From assembly GCA_036630325.1 (NCBI GenBank), contig CP142726.1, positions 1,302,001 to 1,366,000 of the forward strand: a DNA stretch of 64,000 nt, written 5' to 3'. Below, one piece after another: positions 36,536 through 49,567 of the stretch (its first letter is position 1; every line of letters starts with the position of its first letter). The DNA is from Vairimorpha necatrix. Its lineage: Eukaryota. The notes beneath the pieces are model-generated. The model was given only the letters and a program-made list of their open reading frames with translations, had not been told where the DNA came from and made no database searches. The position numbers and the translations under genes were made by a program.

Positions 36536-38296
36536 TTAAGATATATTAGATAATCTAAAACCATTGCCGAGACCATAATCTATGGGATACGGGATTTTAT
36601 ATTTGGTTTTTACTGCTTCTTTATTCTGTTCTTGAAATTTTTCTTTTATTTCTTTCATATTTTTTTCTATCATGTATCCATCTAGCTTTAAATCTCCAAG
36701 AGCTGCTTCCTTTTCAATATTATGTATTTCGGAAAAAATACTAACTTCATATTCATAAACATTTATAGAATTATATCCAGTAAATAGTGCCACCGTTTTA
36801 TAGATTTTTGTTATAAGTTCTTCTTTAAAAGTATTTATTATATCATTATGTACGATAACAATTTTTTCAAAAAGATTCAATAAATTTACTTTTTTTTCTG
36901 AGATACTCGTTTCGGAGTCAGTTTTGTTTTTTTCAGAAAAAAACTTATTAATTTCCATTATTATCATGAATAATTTATCGTCAATATAATTATTTTCTTC
37001 AATATATGTTTCTGCTTCGATCATTAAACAAATACCGATTAAATATAAATTTGAAGTATATTTAGATTTTTTTAAATCTTTCGTTATTGCATTTATTATT
37101 CTTTTTGTCAGTTGTATTCTTTCTGGTTCATTGTCTTTTTTCTTTCCAATCATAAAATACAACATATCCTTATATAAAATTTTTTGTGCATATAATTGAT
37201 AAGAAAATATCATATATACCGCTGATCCTGGGTTGTTTACAATTCTGCTAACAAAAAATTCTATCTTATCGTGATTTTGTAATAAACTGAAAAACAGTCA
37301 GACTCCTTCAATATAGTTGGTGTCAGATAATCTAGAAAATATTCTTTGAAATTCAGTATAGCAATTTAAGCTTATGTAACGTCTTTTTTCATTTCTACTT
37401 GATTCTTTTTCAACATGATACATATCCTTTATCCAAAAAAAATCAAAAAACACTTTTTCATTTTCTACCTCAATTGTATAGTCATGAAAATGATCTTTTT
37501 GTAGAATACAACTAGTACTGAATTCTATATTCAATTCATAATCATTATATACAGAAAGTAAATAATTTTTACATGATAGCTTGTATATATAAAGAAGTTT
37601 CCTTAGTAAATATTTTTCAATTTCACTACATCTTTTAACTTTCACATCAACCTTATAATATAGTTCATCGATACAAAATTTGAAGAAATGACGTTTATTT
37701 TCTACATCAATGTTAAACAAAATGAAAAACTTACCTTTTTGTAGTTTACTGTAGAAACAAATCGAAGAATTGGATTCTGTATGAGTTTCATTTTTGAAAA
37801 ATTGAAATTCAGAAAGTATTTTTTGTAATAAGTCCTCCTTATCGCATATATTTTCATAATAAATATCTGTATCTTTTCTACTTAATCTCCTTATAGCGTT
37901 TATTTTTTTAAGCTGCTCTATTAATTCCTTAATATTGTCAATATTTCTATAATCATATTTGTCGTATAAAAACACATATGAGTACTCTTCTTCGTCATTA
38001 AATATTGCTCGTGCAAAATCCTCTATTTTCTTAATAATTTTATCGTAATTATCTGCCAGTTCAACAGAAAAACTACCGGCCTCTTCTTTACTGTCGAGAA
38101 TAAGCATTTGATAAGAAATGTCAATTTTTTGATTTTTATCATTATAACATGCATATATATTTATACAGTTTTTTACTTTTACTATATCGCAAGACACATA
38201 ATCTCCTGTTTCAATTCTTTTCAAAATTCCTTCTTTAATTATTACACATAATTCTTCGTTTGCTTTTATAAATAAAAATAGTACAAATACTTTCAT
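36536..38296 (-). pseudogene. Secreted family B gene, copy 1 (~586 codons) with a single in-frame TGA at 37298-37300
   Basis: ORFs 37298..38296 and 36536..37213 are in the same frame, reading YIEGV*LFFSLLQNH versus YIEGIGLFFSLLQNH in the paralog. CCC motif before the ATG and a hydrophobic N-terminus. Confidence 0.8.
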
Positions 38297-41192
38297 AATT
38301 AGGGACCATATAATTAGATTTATATAAGTTATATTAGAAAATTATAAATCATTTTGAAATATCAGAATAAAAAAAAATTATGATAATTGTCAAATTATAT
38401 CTCGAATATCGTTCTTTTGTTTTATTATTTCATCAAACTCTAGAATGAATAGGCTTGAGCTATAATTGCATAAAAATATTTAATGTATTTTTTGATATAT
38501 GATCACAATGCGTTTAAATGACATTATGATGATTTTTGATGCAACGAAAAGATAAATTAATATTTTCACTTATTTATCCCGACTCATAAACATTACATGT
38601 TTCTATATTCACGAAATTTATCATTTGAAATAGCTTTTACCGTATCTTTCATGTTTTATACAGTGAATATTTGGCTTTTTTATTTTTTTTTGTCATAATT
38701 AGTTTTATTTGGTATAGAATTACGTGTAAACATTTTAATTATAACTTTAATAAAATTTATTGTTTGTTTACTACGCAATGTGACGTATTGTTCCTTCGGA
38801 AAATCAATAAAATATTTTAAACGATTTTTTTATTTGAAAAGAGCTATAAATAAAACATGCAGAAAATAATGTAACATTATGTAATGAGGAAATAATCAAT
38901 TTGTTATCATAGCTTGCACCTAATATTCTGGGTTTTTTAGATGATATCTTATAATTTTTTATGCAGTACTTTAAGATTATTCGAAAAATTATTTTGTCCT
39001 TTTTATATTAAAATTTCTCCACTTTTAATAAAACGCACTTATTATTTTTTTTCTTTTTTTATTATTACTAATATATTATGAATAGTTTTTACCACTATAT
39101 TTCTAATTTCTTGATTCTTTTATTTGCACACTTTCATAATACAAATTATTTGTTCCAAACTTACGATTAGTAAAAAAAAAACTTACAGGTGTAGAAATTT
39201 AAAAATATCACACTTTCTTAAATCGTAAAGGCGTTTTATTCTAACAATCTAAATAAAAATGCACATATTCACTTTTAGAAAAGAAATTCAATAAAATAAT
39301 TTTAATTTTATATCAGACTTCTTGTTTCATTTTTTTGTATTATGTATAAAAAAAATAATATCATGGACAATTATTTATGTTTTTTGATCTATAATTTTCT
39401 TTTGAGGTGTTTGTATAGACACCTGTCGTAAAATTATTTAAGAAATATGTAAATTGCTTTTTATGTTTTTAATGATTTTTTACAGTGTTGTACTCTTTAT
39501 ACATGTTAAATAAATAATATGATCTTTAAACGTATATAAGTAAAATAAGTAGCGCCGTCTTTGTTTTTGTTTCGGTATACAGCGCCCATTTTGTACTTAT
39601 TCGATTCTTTCTACTACACAAAAACAAGAAATCTTCCACTACTTGTCTATTTTTTTCGTATATATCTACTGTTACGTATTTTCCACCTATTCGTTTTACT
39701 TTATAAATATTCTTTTTTAATTTTTAATTCATATGAAGCAATTTTTTTTGCTGTTTTATTTATAAAATATATTTCTCATATACTATGAATATTTTACACT
39801 TATTATCCGTATAATCAAAATTTTATATCACAACTTAAAGGTTGAGTTTTGTATCTAAAAACATTTTATTAATCAATTTTGAAAATATAAACTCAAAATT
39901 ATATGATTTACATATAAAATGAAATTTGAGTTTGTGAATTTGACACTCGCATCGCATTTAATTACTTCTTCGGTGGTAAGTTTTTTGTTTACTGCGATTT
40001 TATATTTTCTGTTTGCTTATTATTTCTTTTTTTTATAATTTTTCATAACTGAAGTTTTTTTTGGCAAGGAGAAGATTATAGTTTTCTCATTTATTATTAT
40101 TACAATATATAAAATAATTTCTAAACATAAATTTTGTAATATTTACAGTTCAATTGATTTATTTCATAATTGTTGCGCTTTGGGGCGATCATTATACTCC
40201 ACATATTTAGATGTATCGATAATTTTTTTTAAAACATTGATAATTGATCCGTAATACAATAAAAATTTAAAGCTCAATCAACAAAAATAAAAAAGATGTT
40301 CAATCCAAAATCGCTATTAAATTTTAATTCACTAATAAAAATTTATCATTGTTATTCATAAATTTACGACTACTCAATCTTAAACGTTTTTTTTAAAAAA
40401 TTTTCATTGCAAAAAAAAAACTTCTATAATTCAAATTTATTGAGCTATCAGGATATTTTATTTTCTATACGCTAGTTTAATAGCTTTATAATCTATTAAA
40501 ATCGAACGTAAACAAGTAAGTTATGAAGGTTTTGTTATCAATTTCTTTGTTGTCTCTATTATGACATATTACAAGGTTTATAGCATCAGATCATTCTATT
40601 TAGATATCAGCAACTTTTTTTAATCGTTTTACTCATATTATCAGAGATGCGTTTCAACTATATAGAATATAAAGTTGAAAATTAATTAATAAATATTATT
40701 ATAAATGTTTTTTACGAGTGATGATATTTCAAAGTAAAAAAAAACATCTCATATAAAATACATAAAAAATAGTACTAAAAAATTCCAGAGATATGTTTTT
40801 AGTAACAATTATTATTTTTTGTTATAATTATCAAATAACATGAAAAAGTATTAAATAATGACTTGACTTAAATTTAATTACAATTTTTAAAATGCTTCAC
40901 ACTATTGTCTGATTTTTTAGCTATGCGTTTTTTAACCGCCCGTTCCTTTAGTTCTACATATTTTGAGTCGACCTCGAAAAATTATATCATATAATTGATA
41001 GTTTTTTATTAATCTGTTTCTTTTCTATAAAATAATTTTTACACACAATCTTTTTTTTTATTATTGATCTTTAATTTCTTAATTATATATATCTAATAAA
41101 CTATTTTTATAAATTAAACTATTACAACAACTGTTGTTAAAAAGATATTTTGTTTTTAGCTTTTTTATATTTTCTTTTTGGTTCTCGGATTT

Positions 41193-42855
41193 TTATATCA
41201 ATTTCTCCTTCAACTCTTCAAAATATCTTTCTATCACATTTCTATCCAGTTTTAATTCTGCGATAGTTGTTTCTTTTTTAATCTTATTTTTTTCGATTAA
41301 TTTCAAATCATACATATACATATTTATAGATCTTGAGTTAGTGAATGACGCCATTGTTTTGTAAATTTTCATTATAATTTCTTCTTTGTATATGTCTATA
41401 ACATCATTATGTATAGGTATTATTTTTCTAAAAATATCTAATAAGTCAATATTTTTACATGGAATACTCGTTACAGACTCGGAGTTATTTTTTCTAGCAA
41501 TAATATTACTAATTTCATTTAATATCATAAATAAATCATCATCACTTAAATTATTTTCGTCGATATATGTTTCTGCTTCTAAAATCAAACATATTCCTAT
41601 TAAATATAAGTTGTTGCCATAATTAATTTTTATTAATTTTTCTGTTATTTCTTTTGTTAGTTGCATCCTATTAGTTTCACTGTCTTTTTTATTTCCAATC
41701 ATAAAGTACAACATGTTTTCTAATATTATTCTATTCTCATATAATTCATAAGCAAATATCATATTTATGGCCGATCTGGGTTTATTTACAATTCTTTCGA
41801 CAAAAAATTTCATTTTACTGTGATTTTGTAGTAGACTGAAAAACAGTCCGATTCCTTCTATATACAGCGTGTTTGTTAGTCTAAAAAACATTCTTTGGAA
41901 ATCAGTATAGCAATTCTTGCTTATGTATCGTTTATTTTTATCTTTGCTCGATGCTTCTTCTATGTGAAAAATATCCTTTTTATAGTAATAATTAAAAAAT
42001 ACTGTTTCATTTTCTAGCTGTAAAGTATAAATACCATTATGGGCGCTTACTGAGATACAACTAATACCAAATCCAATGAAATATTCGTCATTGTGAAATT
42101 TAGATAAATAGTAATTTTTATATGATAATCTGTAAATCTCAAAAAGTTTTTTTTTGTATTTCTTCGTCTTTTTTAGTGTCTAAATTGATTTCCGCATTAA
42201 CCTTGTAATATAAGTCATCAATACAAAACTCAAAGAAATGTCGGATATCCCCAACGTCAATATTCATTAAGACAAAAAATTTTTTACGCAGTAAATCTTC
42301 ATAAAAACATATTGAAGACTGAGATTCTAAAATAGATTCATATTGAAGAGTTCTAATTTCCGTAATTATTTTTTGCATCATATTGCCCATACAACAAATA
42401 TTTTCATAATAAATTACACCACCCTCATTCCTTCTTCTTATAGCGTTTGTTTTTTTAAGACGTTTCACTAGCTTCTTGATACTTAAAAAATGTATATAAT
42501 CATATTCTAAGTATAAAAATACATATGAGTACCTATACGGATCCTTTGATAAAGTTTTTATGTAGGCCTCCATTTCATTAATAATATAATCAAATGATTT
42601 ATTTTCTCGTTTTATAGATAAATTTCCGATATATTGATTATAATGATGAGTAAATCTCTGAAAGGAAATCTTAAATTCTTGATTTATACCATCAAAAAAT
42701 AATTTTATATTTATAAAATTTTTGCCTTTTGTTAGATCACGTGCCACATAATCTCCTGTTTCGATTCTTGTTAAGAGCCCATCTTTAATTGTTTCGACTA
42801 GTTCTTCATTTGCTTGTACAATTAAAATTGTAGAAAATATTTCCAAGATAAACAT
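41193..42855 (-). pseudogene. Secreted family B gene, copy 2, frameshifted in an A9 run
   Basis: Removing one base from the T9 run at 42147-42155 joins the two ORFs (IQKKLFEIYRLSYKNY versus LRKLLYIYKLSCKNY in copy 1). ATG at 42855 follows CCCTTTATT. Confidence 0.8.
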
Positions 42856-45496
42856 AATAAAGGGTGATAATATTTTTTTTATACAAATATTATTAAAAAA
42901 AATATAAAACAATTTCCAAGGCCAACATAAAAAGATGAATAGGCTATATATCAAGACAATCTATTATAGTTTGTCGCCATCCTTTTAAAAATATTTGCTA
43001 AAAATCTTCCCATATGATTTGCATATACCTATGTTCAATAGGTTTTACATATGTGTAAAATTATAATCTGACAGTTTATATTAGTCATAGAAACTACAAA
43101 AAAATGTCTTATCATTTACTTTTGCTATATTTAGAATTTGATTTTTGCGCAAAAAATCGACACAAAAACTAATTTTTTTTACTCCAGAACGTTTCATACA
43201 CAAATTAACGGCCGTTATTCTTTATTATTATTTTGTACGAGGTTTGCCATAAAAACATTAAAAATAGATATCTATAAAAATAACGATCTCTTGGGGCTTA
43301 TTTTTTAAGATGACGTTTAGAATTAATTTATTTTTGAAAAAATTTGATAAAAAATAACGATTTTTCGCTTATCTTTAGAGAAAAATCAATTATCAAAAAA
43401 TAACAAAATTTTGGGTAAACCCGTCCTATATAATAAAAATTTTAAGCAAAACCACTAAAAACCTTTTTACTTCCCAGAAGAAGAAAAAAGTTATTAAAAT
43501 TAAACAAATTAAAGGTAAAGTAGGCTACATATACAACATAAAGGAATATAAAACATGATTTTAATAAATATGATATATTTCATTTGATCGTGTATAAGGT
43601 GGAATATCTTAAAAAATGAAAAAGAGTACTACGTTATTTACCATAGTAGCTTTATTATGCCTTTTACTGCCAACTTTGGTTTTAATACGGACATCCGTAC
43701 TATTGTTTACAAAGTAAAGGCCTGTATTACCACCCGTGTTCTCAAAAAGTATTAAAAATTTTGATAAGCTTGACAAACTTCAATGTATACAAAAAATCAC
43801 AATTTGCGTTATTAAATTAAATAGAAAAAGTGTAGCGCAGTTTTTTTGTCAGCTGCCACATAAAGTTTTTTTACGGTTTTTTCTACTATTTAAAAATATT
43901 AACCCCTCTTTACAGGTCTTCTTTGTGATATTGATTTACCTATTTCAGATTGATCTATTTCGACTATAATGTCATCGTTTTTTCCTAAAGTTCGACTATT
44001 GCTCATGCTAAATGTTTTATTTTACCTAACTATTATAAAGCCGAGGTTTTATAATGCTTTGTTTTACATTCTTATAAATTCATAATACTGCCATTATTCA
44101 TATTATTATAATCTTTAGCATCAATGTATTACTTATACGTGCATATAACCCCGCGTGTTAGCTTTTTCATTGCACTCCTAAATATGCTCTTGTTATTTTT
44201 TTATAGACGAACTTCTCGGCCAAATTACACACATTTGTCTATTTTTTATGTCTTCTCATGATGTCATACTTTATTAAAGCACATTTGTTTAAAATTCAAC
44301 CCTGTTGTTTTTTACACTAATGCTGATTTTAGTCAAGATCCCCAAATGGATATAATACCATTTAAATACTCATAAAACTTAAAATACAGGATCTAAGCTT
44401 TTAATAACTATACTATACATGTTGTTTTTTTAAAACCACGTCGTATATTTGTACCTACAATTTTACAATTTGTTTGTTAAGAAAAAAATGTTGGTTTTTT
44501 TAGACTATAATTCTGCTATATTTTTGTTTTATTACATTTATAAGTCATTTTAATAACAAATTAAAATTTTATAGAATCCTTGGGTGTTGTAGTTATGTGC
44601 AAAAAGCATTGTATTGATCTGTATAACGCCATGATCTCACACAGCGACCTGCAAATATTTATTTTCTTAAAATAATATTGTCAAATGATGAGTTGAATCC
44701 ACTGAAATCATTAAGTTTTTTGTGAAACTTGTGTGCCTGAAGCCTCTAAAAAATTTAATACTAGTTAATAGACACATTTTATAACGATTTTATTATAGGT
44801 TCAATGCTATTCCATTCTACATAAATACTACATGGTTATACTCCCTTGGATAAGCACCACGTGGATGGTTACCTTTCGCCAAATGAGGGACTAAAAGAAG
44901 TAAAACAAAAGACTACAATAATAGTTCATACTTTTCATGTATCCCAAACTTCTGAATACAGGTGATCAACTCAACATAAAATGCTATGCTGATGGCGTGA
45001 CTGCGTGTGCAATTTTTGAATGATAGTTACGATCTTCCGCATTAGTGCGAAGCTGTCTTCCTTGGCCATTTACATGGCACGAAATCTCAAATACGAGGTA
45101 CTTTTTTGAAGCACGAAATTTGTTGCTTAAAAAACAATTTACACAGCAAAGTTTGTTGAATGGAGGGAGTTTTTGTGAATAAGAATCTCGCAGTATCAGT
45201 TGGATATAAATCACAGTCACGAGGGTTTAGATCTTTTAATTTTTAATCAAATATAGTAAATTCTACAATAAGACATAAGATTAATCATATTTACATCATT
45301 TTCATAAAAATAATGCAGACCATGACATAAATATTTTTGACTTGGACTGAGACAGTTCAACAAGGTCTAGTTCATTTTGGTTTTTTGTCGTCCCGTACAT
45401 CGCCCAGGGGGTAAATTTTTTTGTTTAAAAATAAATAATATTTTGTCTTTTAATAAATTAAGGTCAACCTTATTTCTATTTTAGTTTAGTAATTTA

Positions 45497-46567
45497 TTAG
45501 TGCATGTAATAAAATATTTCACTCTTGTCTAATCTCCCTATTTTCCAATTATACAAATAATATTTCAGTTTTCCAGTCCCTTCTAAAAATCCCATTTCTT
45601 TGAATTTCATTCCCGATTTTCCTATGTCTATGCCATTAAAAACATCACATCTTTCTTTATTACTCGCATGAATTAAGTCTTCTATCATTTCCTTGATATT
45701 GTCCCCACAGACGAGACTCAAATAGGCTCCTGATATTTTGATATTCTTTTTTATAGCCATGGTGTCTAAAATATAATAACAGCCAAATGAAGTTATAATA
45801 TTCTCCTTCTCATTTACAAGTACCTTCATAATTTTATTAGAAATAAAATGTTCAAAATCTTCTCTGTCCATGTTGTCGCATAGTTTATATTTTTTCATAT
45901 CTTCTTTATAAAGTTCATAGCATCTGGGGATGTCTTTTTCTTCTAGTAATCGTGTCTCTGGCCTGCTTTTTAAGCTTGGGAGTTCGGCGATTGAGTCCAT
46001 GTAGTCGACAGAAGTCAGTTTTTTAATGTTTAAAGGCATGTGCCAATATTTGACACTGCAAATCTCAAAGAACAAAGGCGTCCCCGCTGTGAATATTCCT
46101 TGATACACGCCATTACAATTAAATCTTCTAGTTATCTCTTTGATTAAAATAGGCGTGATCCTTCTAGATCTCAAGTCTTTTGTGACACATAAGAAATTTA
46201 TTGCTGCCACTTTCTTGGTCACATTGTCGATCATAATATCAGTCTCCTTGCCAAATATGTAGCCTACGAGATAATTATTAAACTTGAGGCCCAAGGAATA
46301 TTCAGCTTTATGTTTGGGATTATTTATGAACCAAGAAAAAAAAGATTCAGAATAAAGAAGCCTGAACTCATTGTCAACATCTTCTACATAATTTTCAGAT
46401 AAGAATTTCGACAATTCCTTGTAATCAGAAATATTCTCAAAAGAAAAGCCTTCTGGTAACTTGTAGGATTCAGTTGAAATTTTATTGGGATATTTGATTA
46501 GGTCATTTGCTCCCTCCTCGACTCCAACGGGCTGCTTATTCCAAAAAGAATGATTTTCAATAGACAT
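45497..46567 (-). CDS. NMT1: Glycylpeptide N-myristoyltransferase
   Basis: H.FW..QPV, L.ENYVED....FR..YS..F, INFLCV.K.LRS.R.TP.LIKEITRR, F.EG.G.L.YYLYNW. ATG chosen after CCCC. Confidence 0.96.
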   Translation of the reverse strand: MSIENHSFWNKQPVGVEEGANDLIKYPNKISTESYKLPEGFSFENISDYKELSKFLSENYVEDVDNEFRLLYSESFFSWFINNPKHKAEYSLGLKFNNYLVGYIFGKETDIMIDNVTKKVAAINFLCVTKDLRSRRITPILIKEITRRFNCNGVYQGIFTAGTPLFFEICSVKYWHMPLNIKKLTSVDYMDSIAELPSLKSRPETRLLEEKDIPRCYELYKEDMKKYKLCDNMDREDFEHFISNKIMKVLVNEKENIITSFGCYYILDTMAIKKNIKISGAYLSLVCGDNIKEMIEDLIHASNKERCDVFNGIDIGKSGMKFKEMGFLEGTGKLKYYLYNWKIGRLDKSEIFYYMH

Positions 46568-46621
46568 GGGGTCAAAAAGATGAAGAAATATTAAAGATGT
46601 CATTAATACAGAAGTTATGAT

Positions 46622-46675
46622 TCGATTATTACAAAAAAACATCTGACTCGATTATTACAAAAAACATCTGACTCA
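46622..46675. repeat. Direct tandem duplication (~26 bp) in the NMT promoter region
   Basis: TCGATTATTACAAAAAAAACATCTGAC / TCGATTATTACAAAAAACATCTGAC. Confidence 0.85.
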
Positions 46676-46932
46676 TAATGCAGAATTATCTGTCTCATAA
46701 ATGGATAAAAAAATAATTTTACAATAAAGACGAACTTAGAAAATGACACAAAAATAATATAAAAAATAAGTTCGAGTATAAAACTAATCCTTTGAAATAT
46801 CATAAGTAGCGAGAAACTTCTTTGACGAAAAGGCATCTTAGTTTTCTAAGCTGCATCTTGAAATATTGAAAATAATTTAAATATTTATTCCATGAGAGAC
46901 AGGGACATCATAAAACCAGAAGATATTTAAAA

Positions 46933-47774
46933 GGAGGAAGGATCCGAAAGACCCCCCCCCTCTGAGGGTGTTCACTTTATTTTTTCGAACCCCAAAATTG
47001 AAGTGCAAAATAAAGGAGGAGCAAAGAAAAGACAAAAATTACTAAGCACTTATGACATTAAAAATAACAAATAAATATATGCTTGTATACAAAAATTAAT
47101 TTTAAATGTAGTTCTAATAATCATTTAAAGTGTTGTATCTTTTTTGCCCTTCTTATTTTTCTAAATTTTTTTTTAATTACTGGTTTATTATAAAAGTAGA
47201 TTTTTGAAGAAAATCTACTTTTATAATAAACCAGTAATTAAAATTATAAATATTATTTATATAAGAAAATTTAAATAAATGTTCAACGATCTATACAGAT
47301 TGTTAAATCAAAAAAATTAATTTGAAATATGCTAAGTTATTTAGAATTATGTAGTTTTATGATTATCTTCTTTTTTTAAATTAAATTTTGTATACAAATA
47401 TATAATTATTTGGTATTTTTACTGTTATAAAATGCAAGTAATTTGAGTGCTAATGATTGCTCCTCCTTTATTTTACACTTCGTTTTTGGGGTTCAAAATA
47501 ATAAAGTGAACACCCCCAGAGAGGAGCATTTTGGTCCCCAATTCCAATAAATCAGAAGGGTAAAAACTGCTTATCAATTGTTATAAATATACAAACTTAA
47601 ATTAAAATATAATTCTGTACATAAACGTATGTTTATTTCTTGTTTTTAATGTCATAAGTGCTTAGTAATTTTTGTCTTTTCTTTGCTCCTCCTTTATTTT
47701 GCACTTCAATTTTGGGGTTCGAAAAAATAAAGTGAACACCCTCTGAGGGGGGGGGTGTTTGGGCATCTTCAGCC
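46933..47774. mobile_element. Composite MITE with ~160-bp TIRs, 8-bp TSD, an internal third TIR and a perfect hairpin
   Basis: TSD ATTTAAAA at 46925-46932 and 47775-47782. Near-identical TIRs at 46933-47095 and 47610-47774. Diverged extra right TIR at ~47385-47545. 34-bp stem at 47171-47243. Confidence 0.88.
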
Positions 47775-47782
47775 ATTTAAAA

Positions 47783-49567
47783 TTATAAATATTCTACAAT
47801 CAAATCATAATCGAGAAATTCTTTGTTCTCATTTCGTACTTTTATTTCAAACTCTGCTTCTTTGGTAAAATTCTTACATCTAAATTCATAAAGTCCACTG
47901 ATCTGAGGCGGAACCACAAAATTGTCGTCTAAAACTTCACATTTCGAATTTGAAATTTCTAAGAAAAGTTTGCTTTTTTTATAATTGTTCACTAGCATAT
48001 TAAGCTTTAATTGTTCTGATATTGTGTAAGTATTAAATATATAAATAAAAATCTTATTACTCTGTTTCTGCTTCTTATTTATTAGTATTTTATAAATTAT
48101 ATCGTCTCGTTTTATTTCTAATTTATGTCTTCTATTGTCGAGACTTATATTTACATTTTCCGAGGTATCAAAAATATTTAAATCTTTTACTAAGAACTTT
48201 TTAAAGTCTAAATCTGTCATAATTGGATCATTAATGACATCTAAAGAAGAAACTTCCATGGATATTAAATCATCCAGGCCTAGTATATTTTTTTTATAAA
48301 TATCAATAATATCTTCACTAGTATTCTTAAATTTATATTTAGAATTGATATTCAGCAAATTTTTAGATTGGTTTTCTAGTTTTATAAAAATTTGATCTTT
48401 AAGTCGATAATCTGTGCGAATTTTTATGGGGAAATTGTCTACGACAAAGAAATACAAATGAAATTTGTATTTCTTGTCTAAACACAAAATTAGTTCTTTT
48501 TTATGTAGGCCGAGTTTTTTAAACTTGACAGTCAGGTTTATCATCTGATCAAAATCATGCTCAGAATTATTAAAAATATATTTCCCAGTTTCATTTACAT
48601 TTAAATGAATTTTAAGTTCTTGGTATTGATCAATAAAATATAAATTCTTAAAATTTGAAATTGTAAAATTTGGGAATCTTAAATTAAAAGGCTGCGTCAT
48701 AGGCCAAATGTCTAAATATTCAAGTTCATTTGATTTTTGAACTTGAAAACTTTTTTGAAACTCGGAATCTTGAAAATTATTTTTTTTCAATATTCCATTA
48801 AATACAAAATCAAGGTCTTCTTCTGCCACTTGTCCATTAAAATACATCAATTCTAATCCTTTTCTTTTAAACTTTTTAGTTTTAAACAATCTCTCTCCCA
48901 ATTCATACATAATATTTTTAATAATCTTCGTACTAGATTTGTATACCTGATAACATAAAAAATCATATTCTCGACTCGTCAACAATAAAAACACCAACCT
49001 TTTATAATAAAATGTATCAACAAAATGTGACGGAATGTCTTCATACTTGAATTTGCAATATACTGACATTTCTATACAATAATGAGAAAAATCATTATAA
49101 TTTCTATATTTTGAATATAATTTGTAAGCTTCATCATATTTTTTAGCTAAAAAATACGAATCAGCTTTATTTTTATCTTCCATGTACGTGTCTAATAATA
49201 TTGATTTTAACATACTTGTGCCCATTTTGTAGAAAGACGATTCGTCTGTAGGAAAACAACTCTGATAAATTTTATTAAGTTTAGTAATATATTGGCCGGA
49301 ATAGAAATCATTGAGTAAAATATGGTGAATCGAGTCACTTTCTGTTTGTACAATGTAGATTACAATTTCTTTGAAAACATATATTTCGTCTTTGTAGATT
49401 ATTTCTAATAAATCATTTCCTATTTCATAAAATTTTGTAGATTTTTTTTTGATATTAAATAACCCTGTGTCGATAATAAGTGATAAAATGTTTTGGTAGT
49501 CACAATCTGTATTGGTAAATTTTACATGACATGTTGGTTTGAACACTGACAGTAAAAGTTCATTCAT
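47783..49567 (-). CDS. Hypothetical protein (594 aa), possibly a reduced large TRAPP subunit (Trs85/Trs120-like)
   Basis: Long ORF with a CCC motif before the ATG. KADSYFLAKKYDEAYKLY TPR-like helix and a beta-rich C-terminus. The family call is weak. Confidence 0.55.
   Translation of the reverse strand: MNELLLSVFKPTCHVKFTNTDCDYQNILSLIIDTGLFNIKKKSTKFYEIGNDLLEIIYKDEIYVFKEIVIYIVQTESDSIHHILLNDFYSGQYITKLNKIYQSCFPTDESSFYKMGTSMLKSILLDTYMEDKNKADSYFLAKKYDEAYKLYSKYRNYNDFSHYCIEMSVYCKFKYEDIPSHFVDTFYYKRLVFLLLTSREYDFLCYQVYKSSTKIIKNIMYELGERLFKTKKFKRKGLELMYFNGQVAEEDLDFVFNGILKKNNFQDSEFQKSFQVQKSNELEYLDIWPMTQPFNLRFPNFTISNFKNLYFIDQYQELKIHLNVNETGKYIFNNSEHDFDQMINLTVKFKKLGLHKKELILCLDKKYKFHLYFFVVDNFPIKIRTDYRLKDQIFIKLENQSKNLLNINSKYKFKNTSEDIIDIYKKNILGLDDLISMEVSSLDVINDPIMTDLDFKKFLVKDLNIFDTSENVNISLDNRRHKLEIKRDDIIYKILINKKQKQSNKIFIYIFNTYTISEQLKLNMLVNNYKKSKLFLEISNSKCEVLDDNFVVPPQISGLYEFRCKNFTKEAEFEIKVRNENKEFLDYDLIVEYL

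Noticed and set aside
37298..37300. Selenocysteine or an alternative genetic code (TGA=Trp/Gly)
   Set aside because: TGA terminates other genes here (kinase, 223-aa lectin), the paralog has Gly rather than Cys, and no SECIS was recognised.
43260..45240. AAAAATAACGAT repeats and degraded coding-like sequence (possible old DNA transposon)
   Set aside because: No TIR pair, TSD or diagnostic catalytic motif was identified.
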